Origin: Actinobacteria bacterium UBA7524 | GTDB taxonomy: Bacteria; Actinomycetota; Coriobacteriia; Anaerosomatales; UBA912 | Length of the DNA stretch: 64,000 nucleotides | Assembly (NCBI GenBank): GCA_002478275.1 | Contig: DLMY01000009.1 | Coordinates: 18,991-82,990 of the forward strand | Reading direction: 5' to 3' | Part shown: positions 32,278-42,509 of the stretch, one piece after another | How positions within the stretch are numbered: position 1 is the stretch's first letter | Layout of the letters: the number at the start of each line of letters is the position of its first letter | Notes under the pieces: model-generated | What the model was told of the DNA's origin: nothing | The model's database searches: none | Seen by the model: the letters and a program-made list of their open reading frames with translations, nothing else | Made by a program: the position numbers and the translations under genes

Positions 32278-33284
32278 AAGCCGACCGGATACTGCTGGCC
32301 CACGGCAGCGGCGGAACGATGATGCGGGAGCTGGTCGAGGACGTGTTCGTGGCGGACTTCGCAGACGAAGCGCTCTCTCGGATGGACGATGCGGCCACGC
32401 TTGAGATGCCGCCCGGTCGTATCGCCATGTCGACCGATACGTACGTGGTCGATCCCGTGTTCTTCCCCGGAGGCGATATCGGGCGTCTGGCCGTCTGCGG
32501 GACCGTGAACGACGTGGCGACCTCGGGCGCCCGTGTACTCTACCTCACGGTGGGCTTCGTGCTGGAGGAAGGCTTTCCCGTCGAGGACCTCAGACGCATC
32601 CTGGTCTCGATGCGCGAATGTGCGGCCGAAGCCGGCGTGCGCATCGTGGCCGGCGACACCAAAGTGGTGCAGAAAGGGCACGGCGACGGTGTCTACATCA
32701 ACACCGCCGGGGTGGGTGTGCTGCCCGAAGGCCTCGACCTCACAGGCTCGGGGTGTCGGCCAGGCGACCGCGTCCTGCTCTCAGGCACGCTGGGCGACCA
32801 CGGCATCACCGTCATCTCCCAGCGTGAGGGACTGCGCTTCTCGACCGACCTGCGCACCGACGCCGCGCCACTGAACCATCTCGTCGCGGCGGTGCTTGCG
32901 GCGGCGCCCGGAACTCGCTGCTTCCGCGACCCCACCAGGGGTGGACTGGCGAGCACTCTCAACGAGCTCGCAGCAGCCTCGGGAGTCTCGATCACCGTCG
33001 AGGAAGACGCGGTGCCCGTGCACGACCAGGTGCGCGGAGCCTGCGAGATGCTGGGCTACGATGTGTTCCACGTCGCGAACGAGGGCAAGATGGTCGCGGT
33101 GGTACCGGCCGAGCAGGCCGGGTCTGCGCTCGAGGCGATGCGAGCGGCGCCCTACGGGGAGAATGCAGCCCTGATCGGTGCGGTGGCTGCAGAGGATGCC
33201 GGACGCGTCTACGTCCACACCTCGTTCGGATCGACGCGCATCATGGACATGCTCGTCGGCGAGCAGCTGCCGAGGATCTGCTAG
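32274..33284 (+). CDS. hypE: Hydrogenase maturation protein HypE
   Basis: LAHGSGG, GTVND, GDTKVV, RDPTRGG, C-terminal PRIC. Confidence 0.96.
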   Translation: MKADRILLAHGSGGTMMRELVEDVFVADFADEALSRMDDAATLEMPPGRIAMSTDTYVVDPVFFPGGDIGRLAVCGTVNDVATSGARVLYLTVGFVLEEGFPVEDLRRILVSMRECAAEAGVRIVAGDTKVVQKGHGDGVYINTAGVGVLPEGLDLTGSGCRPGDRVLLSGTLGDHGITVISQREGLRFSTDLRTDAAPLNHLVAAVLAAAPGTRCFRDPTRGGLASTLNELAAASGVSITVEEDAVPVHDQVRGACEMLGYDVFHVANEGKMVAVVPAEQAGSALEAMRAAPYGENAALIGAVAAEDAGRVYVHTSFGSTRIMDMLVGEQLPRIC

Positions 33285-33297
33285 GCGCTGGCCCACC

Positions 33298-34260
33298 GTG
33301 AGCGCACGGAACGACAACGTCCGCGGACTGGCCTACATCGCGACCGCTGCCACCATCTGGGGTTCGATAGGGGTGTTCGTGCGCATGGTCGACGCGCATC
33401 CCGCGGTCATCGTGTTCTGGCGCGTCGCGTTCGCGGGCGTGACGATCGGACTGATCGCCGCTTTTCGAGGGCGCCTTGCCGAGCTTGCGTCGTTGCCGAT
33501 GCGAAAACGTCTCGCACTCGCGGCCATGGGTGCTCTTCTCTCGCTGAACTGGGTGCTCTTCATGGCCGCACTGCAGCTCACCGATGTCGCGATCGCCGTG
33601 CTTCTCGCCTACTGTGGCCCCGTGTTCGTGGCCGCCCTGACCCCACTCGTGATGAAGGAGCCGTTCGACAAGAGGGTACTCTTCCCCCTGGCTCTCGCTT
33701 TGACCGGGACGGTCATCATCGTGAGTCCGGCCGATATCACTTTCACCGGGGGCACCTCGGCGATCGGCGCTTCATTGGCGTTCTCCTCGGCGATCACCTA
33801 CGCCGTACTCGTGCTCAACGCGAAACGGCTGCTCAAGGGCATCTCCGCGACCGTCTACATGCTCGGTGAGTATGCGGCCGCCGGCGTTCTGCTCCTGCCC
33901 GCTGTGTTCCTGTTCAAAGGACCCGTCACACCGGTCCACTGGCTCGCTCTGCTGTTCCTGGGTGTGGTCACCACGGGCCTGACCGGACTGCTGTTCCTGT
34001 CGGGGCTCAGACATGTACGCGCCGACCACGCGGCCATTCTCACGTACGCCGAACCCGTGAGCGCGGTCGCGTTCGCGGCGGCGTTCCTCGGCGAGTCGGT
34101 AACGACCGCCACACTCATCGGTGGGCTCGCGGTACTCGCGGGAGGACTCGCGGTCACCCGCCTGAAAGGCGGCGCAAGCGTCGAGGGGCCACCCGTCCTG
34201 ATCGATGTAGACGCTCATAGCTCGGATGAACCGGGCGGACCCAAAAGGGAAGATACCTGA
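33298..34260 (+). CDS. EamA/DMT family transporter
   Basis: About 10 TM helices, ILTYAEPV. Confidence 0.85.
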   Translation: MSARNDNVRGLAYIATAATIWGSIGVFVRMVDAHPAVIVFWRVAFAGVTIGLIAAFRGRLAELASLPMRKRLALAAMGALLSLNWVLFMAALQLTDVAIAVLLAYCGPVFVAALTPLVMKEPFDKRVLFPLALALTGTVIIVSPADITFTGGTSAIGASLAFSSAITYAVLVLNAKRLLKGISATVYMLGEYAAAGVLLLPAVFLFKGPVTPVHWLALLFLGVVTTGLTGLLFLSGLRHVRADHAAILTYAEPVSAVAFAAAFLGESVTTATLIGGLAVLAGGLAVTRLKGGASVEGPPVLIDVDAHSSDEPGGPKREDT

Positions 34261-34295
34261 GAGAAGCCAATGGAACGTGCCTACCAGGAGGTCGA

Positions 34296-35942
34296 ATGAG
34301 CGCCATCGAACGGCTCGTCGCGGATGACGCGGTACGCAGGCTGACCGAACGAGACCCTTCCCTCTACACCGACCAGCTCGACATGCGCCAGGCGATCACT
34401 CACAGACTCGGCTGGACGGACCTCGCACAACGAGCGCCTTCGCGCATCCCGCTCGCGGAGAACCTGGCCCGACAGGTAGTCGAAGAGGGTGCGACGGACG
34501 TGGTACTCCTCGGCATGGGGGGGTCGTCACTGACAGCGCTCGTGTTCGCGCAGGTCCTGGGCAGCGCGGAGGGGATGCCGCAGCTTCACGTGATGGACAC
34601 CACCGACCCTTCGGCCGTGCTCGGCCTGCTGGAGCGACTGGATCGCCGGAGCACGTACTTCTTGCTCTCCAGCAAGTCGGGCACGACCATCGAGCCGCTG
34701 TCGCTCTACCGGATCTTCCGGCAGTGGATGGACGATGAGCTCGGCCGCCCCGCTGCAGGCAGGCACTTCATCGCCATCACGGACCCGGGCAGCCCTCTCG
34801 AGGAGTTGCGCCGACACGACGTCATGCGCCAGGCGGTCGCAGCTCCTGCCAACGTCGGCGGCCGCTTCTCGGCGCTGAGCGTGTTCGGCCTGGTACCCGC
34901 CGCCATGCTTGGCGCGGATCTGTCCGCGATCGTAGGCAAGGCGCTTGAGATGGAGACCGCCTGCTCGCTTCCCGCCGAGGAGAACCCTGGTGCGTCGCTG
35001 GCCGCATGGATCGCTGATGCCCATGCGGATGGACGAGACAAACTCACGCTGGTCATCTCGCAGCCTTACGCTTCGTTCGGGCTGTGGGTTGAGCAGCTCG
35101 TCGCAGAGTCGACCGGCAAGCACGGCGTGGGCGTGGTGCCGATCATCGACTACGCCGCTGCCGCTCCGGAATCGTACGGACCGGACCGTGCGTTCGTGAC
35201 CATGGGATCGGCGCAGGACGCGAAGCTTGAAGAATTCGCCACGGCTCAAGCGGCCGCCGGTGCTCCGACCTTCGAGATCACCCTCGATGGTCCTGAGGAC
35301 ATAGGCGCGGAGTTCGTGCGATGGGAGTTCGCCGTCGCGTTCCTTGGCCACCTCTTAAGCATCAACCCGTTCGATGAGCCCAATGTGTCCGAGGCAAAAG
35401 AGGCGACTGCGGCGGTCCTCGCGGGTCAGAAGGATGTCCCCCGGCCGGTCGCCGATATCGATGAGTTCGCAGTCACCTACTCCGGCGCTTTGAGCGGTGC
35501 GGCCGCCCCCGCCGACCTATCGACCGCCTTCGCACCCATTGTGGCCGGGCTCCAGCCAGGCGACTACCTGGCCGTCCTGGCCTACCTCCCCGACACGAAC
35601 GAGTACCTGTCGCCCCTGCGGCACGCGCTCACCGAGATCTCGAGCTCGGCCAGGCTCGCCACATGCCTGGAGTTGGGTCCCCGCTACCTCCACTCGACCG
35701 GACAACTGCACAAGGGCGGCGCCGATAACGGTTTATTCGTGGTTCTGACCATGCAGGACTCCGGAGACCTGGAGATCCCCGGCTCCACCTACACCCTCGG
35801 TGAACTCTATCGGGCCCAGGCCGAAGGCGACCTGGTTACCCTGGCAAGCCTCGAGAGGCGTGTGATGCGACTCCACATCGCAGGTGCCGACCCGGCCAGC
35901 ACGAAGCGTGTCGGCGAGGCCATGATCGAAGCGTTCCGGTAG
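34296..35942 (+). CDS. pgi: Glucose-6-phosphate isomerase (Tal-Pgi-type SIS domains)
   Basis: GMGGSSL, SSKSGTTIE, VGGRFSALS, EQLVAESTGK, INPFDEP, RYLHSTGQLHKGG. Confidence 0.8.
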   Translation: MSAIERLVADDAVRRLTERDPSLYTDQLDMRQAITHRLGWTDLAQRAPSRIPLAENLARQVVEEGATDVVLLGMGGSSLTALVFAQVLGSAEGMPQLHVMDTTDPSAVLGLLERLDRRSTYFLLSSKSGTTIEPLSLYRIFRQWMDDELGRPAAGRHFIAITDPGSPLEELRRHDVMRQAVAAPANVGGRFSALSVFGLVPAAMLGADLSAIVGKALEMETACSLPAEENPGASLAAWIADAHADGRDKLTLVISQPYASFGLWVEQLVAESTGKHGVGVVPIIDYAAAAPESYGPDRAFVTMGSAQDAKLEEFATAQAAAGAPTFEITLDGPEDIGAEFVRWEFAVAFLGHLLSINPFDEPNVSEAKEATAAVLAGQKDVPRPVADIDEFAVTYSGALSGAAAPADLSTAFAPIVAGLQPGDYLAVLAYLPDTNEYLSPLRHALTEISSSARLATCLELGPRYLHSTGQLHKGGADNGLFVVLTMQDSGDLEIPGSTYTLGELYRAQAEGDLVTLASLERRVMRLHIAGADPASTKRVGEAMIEAFR

Positions 35943-36090
35943 TCGGCCCGTTTACCAGCTGCCGAACGAAACGGAAGACGCCACCGGGACATGGTGACGC
36001 CTTCCGGGTCCGGACCCGAGCCCCTGGGACGTAGGGGCCGGGTCCGGGAGTCCAAACAGTCCCTGGGGGTAGGGACCATTTGACCGAGAT

Positions 36091-37941
36091 CTAGTGACCG
36101 CCGCTCGAGAACATGGTGCCGACCTTGTCGGTACCCATCTCGCGCTCGTGGCGCTCATGAGCGGTACCGTGGATCCGCATCCAGATCTCGTCCACGTTCT
36201 TGGGCAACTGGCCATCGAGCTTGCTCACGACGATGATCGTGAGCAGTGCAGCCGGGAAGGTGAACAGTGTCGGGAAGGTCAGACTGCCAAGGAAGGACAG
36301 CGTCCCTTCAGCCGGCAGATTTCCGAGCTGCTTGAGGATGTTCATGATGATGAAGAAGAAGGAACCCAGGCCGCCGACGAGCATTCCCGCGATGGCACCT
36401 CTTTCGGTGGTCTGCTTCCACCAGATACCGGTGAGTAGCATCGGCACGAACGCTCCTGCACCTACGGCGAATGCCCATGTGACCATCATCGCGATGAGCG
36501 CGGGGTAGGCCTTGTCCAGACCGACGGCCGGGATGCCCAGGCCGATACCGAGCGCTACGAGAGCGAAGAACAGTACGGATGCCTTTCCGACGAACACCTT
36601 GCGGAGTTCGGGCGCGTCGGGGTTGACGTACTTCTCGTACACGTCATGACCGATCGCCGAGGCAGCAGCGATCAGCAAGCCGCCTGTGGTCGAGAACATC
36701 GCGGCGAACGCACCGGCCGCTACGGCACCCATCAGCCACTCGCCACCAAGGATCTGAGCGAGCGTGGGCATGATCGCATCGGATTTGAGCAGTAGCCCGT
36801 CTACGTAGGCGGCATTGATTGGAGCCGTGCCCGCTCGCCACGCATTGTCGATTATCTGTCTGCCTGCAAGACCTGCGATGGGTGCCAGGATGTAGAACGT
36901 TCCGATGAAGACCAACACCCAGAAGGTCGACCGTCGCGCCGCCGAACCAGACGGGTTGGTGTAGTAGCGGTTCAGGATGTGCGGAAGACCCGCCGTACCC
37001 AAGACGAGCGCAAGCACCATGGAGAACTGGTTGAAGGCGTCATAGCGGTGACCCGGCTCGTTGAAGAACATCTCGCGCAACGTATGGAGCTTGTTCTTGG
37101 CTGGAAGGAGTACTCCAGCAGTCGCCTCCGGATCGCCGGCATCCACGACTTCCTGAACACTCTCGAACGCCTCAGGGCTCATGGCCGACTCGGCAGCCGC
37201 AAGCATCGCACCATCGTCGGCAGTGAGCTCTGCGACGGTGGCCGTCTTGACGTCACGGTGCTGCTCGTGAGTGACCTCATTGAGTGCCTTCGGGTAACTG
37301 AAGTTGCCTGCGAAGAACGCGAACACGCACACCAGGAACATGGCCGTCCACAACCACCAGAACTGGAAGATCTGGTTGAGCGTGGTTCCCTTCATGCCGC
37401 CGACCATGACGTAGAACATGATGATCAGGCCCACGATGATAACGCCGGTATTGTACGGAGAGAGTCCGAACAGCCCGGCGCCGACCAGGACGGTCCACGT
37501 GGTCCCGGCACCGTACATCTGTGGGGCCATGTAGAACAGGCTCGTAAGAAGCACCATGACAACGGTGACCAACCTGATGCGGTCGGACCCGAAGCGCCCG
37601 TATGCGAAGTCGGCGACGGTGTACTCTCCGAAACGCCTGAGGGCAGACGCGATGAACAGCACCACGACGATGAACCCGCCGGCAAACCCTGCCGCGTACC
37701 ACACGCCGTCGAGGCCCGATGCATACACCGCTGCCGCAACACCGAGGAACGAGGCCGCCGACAGGTAGTCACCGGAGATGGCCGATGCGTTCGCGATCGT
37801 GCCGACCTTGCGTCCGGCGAGATAGAAGTCCGCAGTGGTACGAGTGAAGCGACGTACGAAGATGGCCAGGCCGACCGTGAATACCGTCAAGCCGATGACC
37901 ATGATGATAGCTATGACATTCAGGTTTCCCACGTCACTCAC
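36091..37941 (-). CDS. Cation/acetate symporter ActP-like (SSS family)
   Basis: ISGDYLSAASFLG, GGMKGTT, LGTAGLPHIL, AFAAMFST. Confidence 0.88.
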   Translation of the reverse strand: MSDVGNLNVIAIIMVIGLTVFTVGLAIFVRRFTRTTADFYLAGRKVGTIANASAISGDYLSAASFLGVAAAVYASGLDGVWYAAGFAGGFIVVVLFIASALRRFGEYTVADFAYGRFGSDRIRLVTVVMVLLTSLFYMAPQMYGAGTTWTVLVGAGLFGLSPYNTGVIIVGLIIMFYVMVGGMKGTTLNQIFQFWWLWTAMFLVCVFAFFAGNFSYPKALNEVTHEQHRDVKTATVAELTADDGAMLAAAESAMSPEAFESVQEVVDAGDPEATAGVLLPAKNKLHTLREMFFNEPGHRYDAFNQFSMVLALVLGTAGLPHILNRYYTNPSGSAARRSTFWVLVFIGTFYILAPIAGLAGRQIIDNAWRAGTAPINAAYVDGLLLKSDAIMPTLAQILGGEWLMGAVAAGAFAAMFSTTGGLLIAAASAIGHDVYEKYVNPDAPELRKVFVGKASVLFFALVALGIGLGIPAVGLDKAYPALIAMMVTWAFAVGAGAFVPMLLTGIWWKQTTERGAIAGMLVGGLGSFFFIIMNILKQLGNLPAEGTLSFLGSLTFPTLFTFPAALLTIIVVSKLDGQLPKNVDEIWMRIHGTAHERHEREMGTDKVGTMFSSGGH

Positions 37942-38311
37942 CTCCCGCCACGTTCACCGCTGTCGCCGCAGCGATCTCATCGGCCATATGGGACAGACGC
38001 TCGTCCAAAGCGTCGGCCTTCTTGATGTACGTGTAGCTCAATCCCCACAAGAACACGTAGTACAGCAGGGACACGAACAGGTAGTTGAGCGTGAATCCGC
38101 CCCAGACCGGATTCGCATACCAGCCTTCCCACCAGACCGAAAAAGCCGGAATGGCCAGCGTAACCGCGAAGAATATGACTCCGTAGGTGAAGCTGAGTTT
38201 GCGCTGCTCACGGAAGACCGCATCGACGCTTTCGATGGTATCTATGTGAGTACCGTGCTGGACTTGCACCCCGGACACCGTTGCTGCCGTCGTCTGTGCA
38301 CTGCTCGCCAT
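37934..38311 (-). CDS. DUF485 (YjcH-like) small membrane partner of ActP
   Basis: Two TM helices, Y.KKADALD; overlaps symporter start. Confidence 0.8.
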   Translation of the reverse strand: MASSAQTTAATVSGVQVQHGTHIDTIESVDAVFREQRKLSFTYGVIFFAVTLAIPAFSVWWEGWYANPVWGGFTLNYLFVSLLYYVFLWGLSYTYIKKADALDERLSHMADEIAAATAVNVAGGE

Positions 38312-38393
38312 CTCCTACACCTCCTTCTCGTTCACCTGCGTCACCACTTGCCGGCGACGCATCCGTTGATTCGGCCACCACCGGGCCACTTGC

Positions 38394-38888
38394 CTACTCG
38401 TACTTGACGACCATGACCGGGATCGGAGACCCCTTGACGACCGTTTCGGCCACAGACCCGAGCGCGATGCGCTTGATGCCCGTCCGTCCGGTGTCGCCAC
38501 AGACGATCAGGTCGGCGCCCCATTCCTGCGCCGTGGCGATGATGCGCTTGGCTACGCCACCCTGGACGATCTCAACCTCGCACGCGACACCGTTGCGCTC
38601 GCACATCGTCTTCGCGATCACGAGGCCCTTCACCGATGCGTGAACTCCTTCGAACATCTCCTCCGACATCGCTTCCTCGGGATATTCGAGAGACTCGTAA
38701 CCCGTGTCCACGAAGATGGCCTTGAGCGTTGCACCGAACGTCTTGGCCATGATCACGGCATACTCGGTCGCCGCGACTGACGGCGCTGAGCCGTCTGTGG
38801 GTAGCAGAATCTTGCTGATCTCGTGGCAGACCTCACCCACGTCAGACAGTCTTACGTCCTCTGCCGCACCCTTGATGCAGACCTTCAT
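38394..38888 (-). CDS. Universal stress protein
   Basis: KILLPTDGS, ADLIVCG..GRTG...LGSVAETVV; RBS GGAGGTG before 38888. Confidence 0.9.
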   Translation of the reverse strand: MKVCIKGAAEDVRLSDVGEVCHEISKILLPTDGSAPSVAATEYAVIMAKTFGATLKAIFVDTGYESLEYPEEAMSEEMFEGVHASVKGLVIAKTMCERNGVACEVEIVQGGVAKRIIATAQEWGADLIVCGDTGRTGIKRIALGSVAETVVKGSPIPVMVVKYE

Positions 38889-39065
38889 GCGTTTCACCTC
38901 CCTGTGAGGGGACACATGCATCCCCTGATCCGCACGTGCACATGCTGAAGATACGCCCGAAACGACTGCCAAGAAACGACATCGTGGCAGGTGGGGCCTG
39001 TCAGTCGGCGTGAGGTGCGATGTGAACCGCAGATGGAGTCCTGGCGGTGTTGCAGATGCCGCTGT

Positions 39066-39115
39066 CACCGCTCGCGGCCGCCGATGCGCCGCTCACCGCC
39101 GATAGAGCACCGTCG
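39066..39115. promoter_or_regulatory. Candidate LytTR-type direct repeats, 21-bp period
   Basis: CACCGCTC (39066), CGCCGCTC (39087), CACCGTCG (39108). Confidence 0.45.
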
Positions 39116-39147
39116 GAGTGGGCACAGGAGTGCCGGCGGGCGGACTC

Positions 39148-39648
39148 TCAGTCCAGTCGGGCCACCTGCACGGTCGGCGCAGAGTCGCCCGCGAGCTGGA
39201 TGAAGGCCACCGTTCGGCCCTCTGGACCCCGCGGACGAGAAGCGGAACCCGGATTGACCACGAGCAGCTCCCGGGCACGACCGACTGCTGCACGACCGAC
39301 TGCTGCACGATGCGTATGCCCCACAATCGCGATGTGTGCCTGATCCACTCCCGGTACTCGCCTGAGCTGGCCCGGATCGTGCACCACGGCAAGACGGACA
39401 TCGCCCACGACCATCGTGGCGAACCAGTCGATGCCGGGCAGGTTCTGACTGTGATCGGTATTGCCCAGGACCGCAGTGACGGGTGCGATGCACTCAAGCC
39501 GGTCAAGCACCTCACGGTATCCGATATCACCCGCATGGACGATTCGATCCACGACCCCGTCGAAAGCCTCAAGAACGTCGTCGCCCAGATGCCCGTGCGT
39601 GTCCGACAACACCCCGATGACAAGTGAGCGCGGAGAAGCCGGACTCAC
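39148..39648 (-). CDS. YfcE-like metallophosphoesterase
   Basis: SDTHG, HAGD, GNTD, GHTH, NPGS. Confidence 0.87.
   Translation of the reverse strand: MSPASPRSLVIGVLSDTHGHLGDDVLEAFDGVVDRIVHAGDIGYREVLDRLECIAPVTAVLGNTDHSQNLPGIDWFATMVVGDVRLAVVHDPGQLRRVPGVDQAHIAIVGHTHRAAVGRAAVGRARELLVVNPGSASRPRGPEGRTVAFIQLAGDSAPTVQVARLD
39275..39310. repeat. 15-bp in-frame tandem repeat (RAAVG x2)
   Basis: GCACGACCGACTGCT x2.4. Confidence 0.8.
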
Positions 39649-40355
39649 AGGCCCAACGCGCGCTTGAGCGAGGGCACCCTGCGCCGCGACACGGGTATCT
39701 GCGTTCCCTGCCCGTCTTTGAGCGTAAGCAGAAGCGTCCCGCCGTACATCGGAACGACCTCACTGACCTGCGCGAGGTTCACCAGATATCGTCGGTGGAC
39801 CCGGAAGAATCCACTCGGCTCGAGCTTTCGCTCGAGTTGCGCAAGGGAGATCGTGGACAGGTATCGCTCGCTGGCCGTATGCAGGTACGAATAGTCGTCC
39901 TTGGCCATGATGTAGAAGATGTCCTCGACCTGCAGAAGCAGCTTCTTCCCCGCCTTCTCCACCGGGATCCGCTCTATCCTCGTGCCCGCACTCTCTGCAG
40001 GACTCAGCCGCGCGATGGCTTGGCGCAAGCGTCCGACCTCCACCGGCTTGACGAGATAGTCCGCTGCAGCCACTTCGAACGCCTTGACCGCGTGCTCGCC
40101 GTGAGCGGTGACGAAGACTATCGCAGGTTGCCGGTCCAATTGCGTGAGCGTCTCGGCCAACTCGACGCCCGACAGGCCAGGCATGTCGATGTCGAGGAAG
40201 ACGACATCGTACTTGATGGCTTCGATGAGCTGGCGGGCCTCTGTGGAATTGGATGCTTCGCCGACGACCTCGACCCCTCCCGCCTCTTCGAGCAGGAAGC
40301 GCAATTCTGAGCGCGCGGGAGCCTCATCGTCGACCACCAGCGCCTTGAGAGTCAC
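39645..40355 (-). CDS. LytTR-family response regulator
   Basis: VVDDE, FLDIDMPG, DYLVKP, FFRVHRRYLVNL. Confidence 0.94.
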   Translation of the reverse strand: MTLKALVVDDEAPARSELRFLLEEAGGVEVVGEASNSTEARQLIEAIKYDVVFLDIDMPGLSGVELAETLTQLDRQPAIVFVTAHGEHAVKAFEVAAADYLVKPVEVGRLRQAIARLSPAESAGTRIERIPVEKAGKKLLLQVEDIFYIMAKDDYSYLHTASERYLSTISLAQLERKLEPSGFFRVHRRYLVNLAQVSEVVPMYGGTLLLTLKDGQGTQIPVSRRRVPSLKRALGL

Positions 40356-41656
40356 CGCTCACCTCCCGCCTCTAGCGGGGTCTGGACGATTCGAAATGTC
40401 ACGCTTGTCCCGACGTCCTGCACACTCTCGACCTCCAGTCCCGAACCGGAGCCGAAATACCCCTTCAGTCTATCGTTTACGTTGGTGAGGGCGATACCCA
40501 GGCCCTTGCCGACTCCTGGTTCGAAGATGCGTGGAAGCTTGTGAGCGGGTATCCCCAACCCGTCGTCCTCGACCCGTAATATCAAGTCCTCACCCTCCTG
40601 GAGCGCGACGACCCTCAAATGGAGCGTCCCCTCGGCCCGCATCCCATGCTGTATCGAATTCTCCACGATGGGTTGCACGATGAAGGCGGGAACACGAACT
40701 TCGAGCACGTTAGGCTGAACTTCCTCCACGATCTCGATCCTGTCGCCGAAACGCGCCTGTTCGAACGTCAGATACGTGCGTACGTACTCGAGTTCCGAGG
40801 AAAGAGGCACGAGTTCGTCGCTCGTCTCCAGGGTTCTGCGATAGAAGCTCGCGAAATCCCGCAACAACACGCGCGCCCGGGGCGGATCGGTCCTGATGAG
40901 CGAGGCGATGGTGTTGATGGTGTTGAACAAGAAGTGCGGGTTTATCTGCGCCTGCAGAGCCTTGAGCTCCATCCTGCATGCCAATTCTGTCTGCCTGTCC
41001 AGTTCTGACAGTTCGAGCTGAGTGGACAGGAGCTTCGCAAGACCCTCGGCCATCGTGACCTGCGTCTCGTTGAGGAGCCTGGGAGTGGTGTAGTAGAACT
41101 TCAACGTCCCGCAGGCCTCATCGCGCATCTCCAGCGGCACCACGATCGCCGCGCGCAACAGGCAGCCCCGTTCCGGACATCCGATGTCCTCCTTCGCAGG
41201 CAGGATGCGATGTTCGTTGTGGTATATCGCCTCTCTCGTCGCCCTCGTGAGGATCGGCCCACCCACATGGTGGTGGTCCTGGCCCAAGCCCGCGAAGCCG
41301 AGGACTCTGTCCCTGTCCGTGATGGCGACCGCTGCCGCCTCTGTGTGCTCCAACGCGATCGCACAGACCGCCTGGGCGCTCTGCTCCGTCAATCCCTGTC
41401 GCAGATACGCGAGACTCTCATTGGCGACTTCGAGGATGAGATGTGACTGGAGTGCCCTCAGATGATCGGGACGCAGAACAAAACGCATGATCACGCTGCC
41501 AAGCGCGACCGTCGCCAGCCCCAGAAGCGCCACGCCCATCAGCCAGCGCGGCTCGCTCGAGGTTATCAGCCCCCAGGCTGCGACCACCGCCAACACCGTT
41601 ACGGCGAACAGCAACAACATGTCGATGACTATCGTGCGCCTGGCAGTCACTGGCAC
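40352..41656 (-). CDS. LytS/YehU-type histidine kinase (2 TM + GAF)
   Basis: LQAQINPHFLFNT, QPIVENSIQHG, DDGLG. Confidence 0.92.
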   Translation of the reverse strand: MPVTARRTIVIDMLLLFAVTVLAVVAAWGLITSSEPRWLMGVALLGLATVALGSVIMRFVLRPDHLRALQSHLILEVANESLAYLRQGLTEQSAQAVCAIALEHTEAAAVAITDRDRVLGFAGLGQDHHHVGGPILTRATREAIYHNEHRILPAKEDIGCPERGCLLRAAIVVPLEMRDEACGTLKFYYTTPRLLNETQVTMAEGLAKLLSTQLELSELDRQTELACRMELKALQAQINPHFLFNTINTIASLIRTDPPRARVLLRDFASFYRRTLETSDELVPLSSELEYVRTYLTFEQARFGDRIEIVEEVQPNVLEVRVPAFIVQPIVENSIQHGMRAEGTLHLRVVALQEGEDLILRVEDDGLGIPAHKLPRIFEPGVGKGLGIALTNVNDRLKGYFGSGSGLEVESVQDVGTSVTFRIVQTPLEAGGER

Positions 41657-41669
41657 CTCGATGGAGGAG

Positions 41670-42509
41670 TCACGTTGCGGTCTTGCAGAGCATCAACACC
41701 AGCCGTTCACTCAGTTCGGTCATTCCGGCTCGGCGATACAGCGCCCGCGATGCGATGTTGTGGTCCTGTGTGCACAGACTGACCGACCTTGCACCCTGTC
41801 GAACCAGACCACGGACCGCTTCCGCAAGCAATGCGAACCCGATACCGCGAGACCTGCTCCCGGGTGCCACCGCAAGGCGACCGATGGTACCACTGCCCCG
41901 TTTGACCGTGGACAGAGTATAGCCGATGAGCCTGCCTTTCTCCTCGGCAACTACCATTCGCTCCTCGGCATAAGCGGTGAGCAAGCGCCTCGGCTCGTAT
42001 GCCCAGAACGGCGAAAAACACTCGGAGTCGATCTCCAGAACCTCACTGAGATCGGCTTCGATCGCCGGGCGCAGCCGGATTCCCTCGGGCGGCGCCTGCT
42101 GTTCGGGCAGCTTGCCTGTTCTGACTTCCAGCCGAAACGCGATGAGGCGCTCGTACGGCTCGAAGCCAGCTGTCTCGTAGTGCCCCGTGGTCACTTCCGC
42201 GAGGAGTGGACTGACAAGCCGTGTGAATCCACGGGCTCCACCGAGCGCTCGCACGTCGTCTATCAGGACCGGGATCATCTGCTCACGCGCCCACAGTCCA
42301 CGGATCGCCAGGATGTCCAGATGGTCTCTCCAGCGCTCGACGACAGCCGCACAACCCTGTGGGCCGACCAGCAATCGCCATGGAGCATCGGCCTGGAAGC
42401 TCTCGAGCTCTTCGCGAGTCTCGAACAGATGAGCGCTCCTGACGGCGGGCCAGATCCGGTCCACTTCCGACTCGCTGGCCGTTCGGAGATACCGCATCTT
42501 CCGGCTCAT
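41670..42509 (-). CDS. GNAT acetyltransferase (RimI-like C-terminal domain)
   Basis: LAVAPGSRSRGIG, N.ASRALYRRAG. Confidence 0.85.
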   Translation of the reverse strand: MSRKMRYLRTASESEVDRIWPAVRSAHLFETREELESFQADAPWRLLVGPQGCAAVVERWRDHLDILAIRGLWAREQMIPVLIDDVRALGGARGFTRLVSPLLAEVTTGHYETAGFEPYERLIAFRLEVRTGKLPEQQAPPEGIRLRPAIEADLSEVLEIDSECFSPFWAYEPRRLLTAYAEERMVVAEEKGRLIGYTLSTVKRGSGTIGRLAVAPGSRSRGIGFALLAEAVRGLVRQGARSVSLCTQDHNIASRALYRRAGMTELSERLVLMLCKTAT

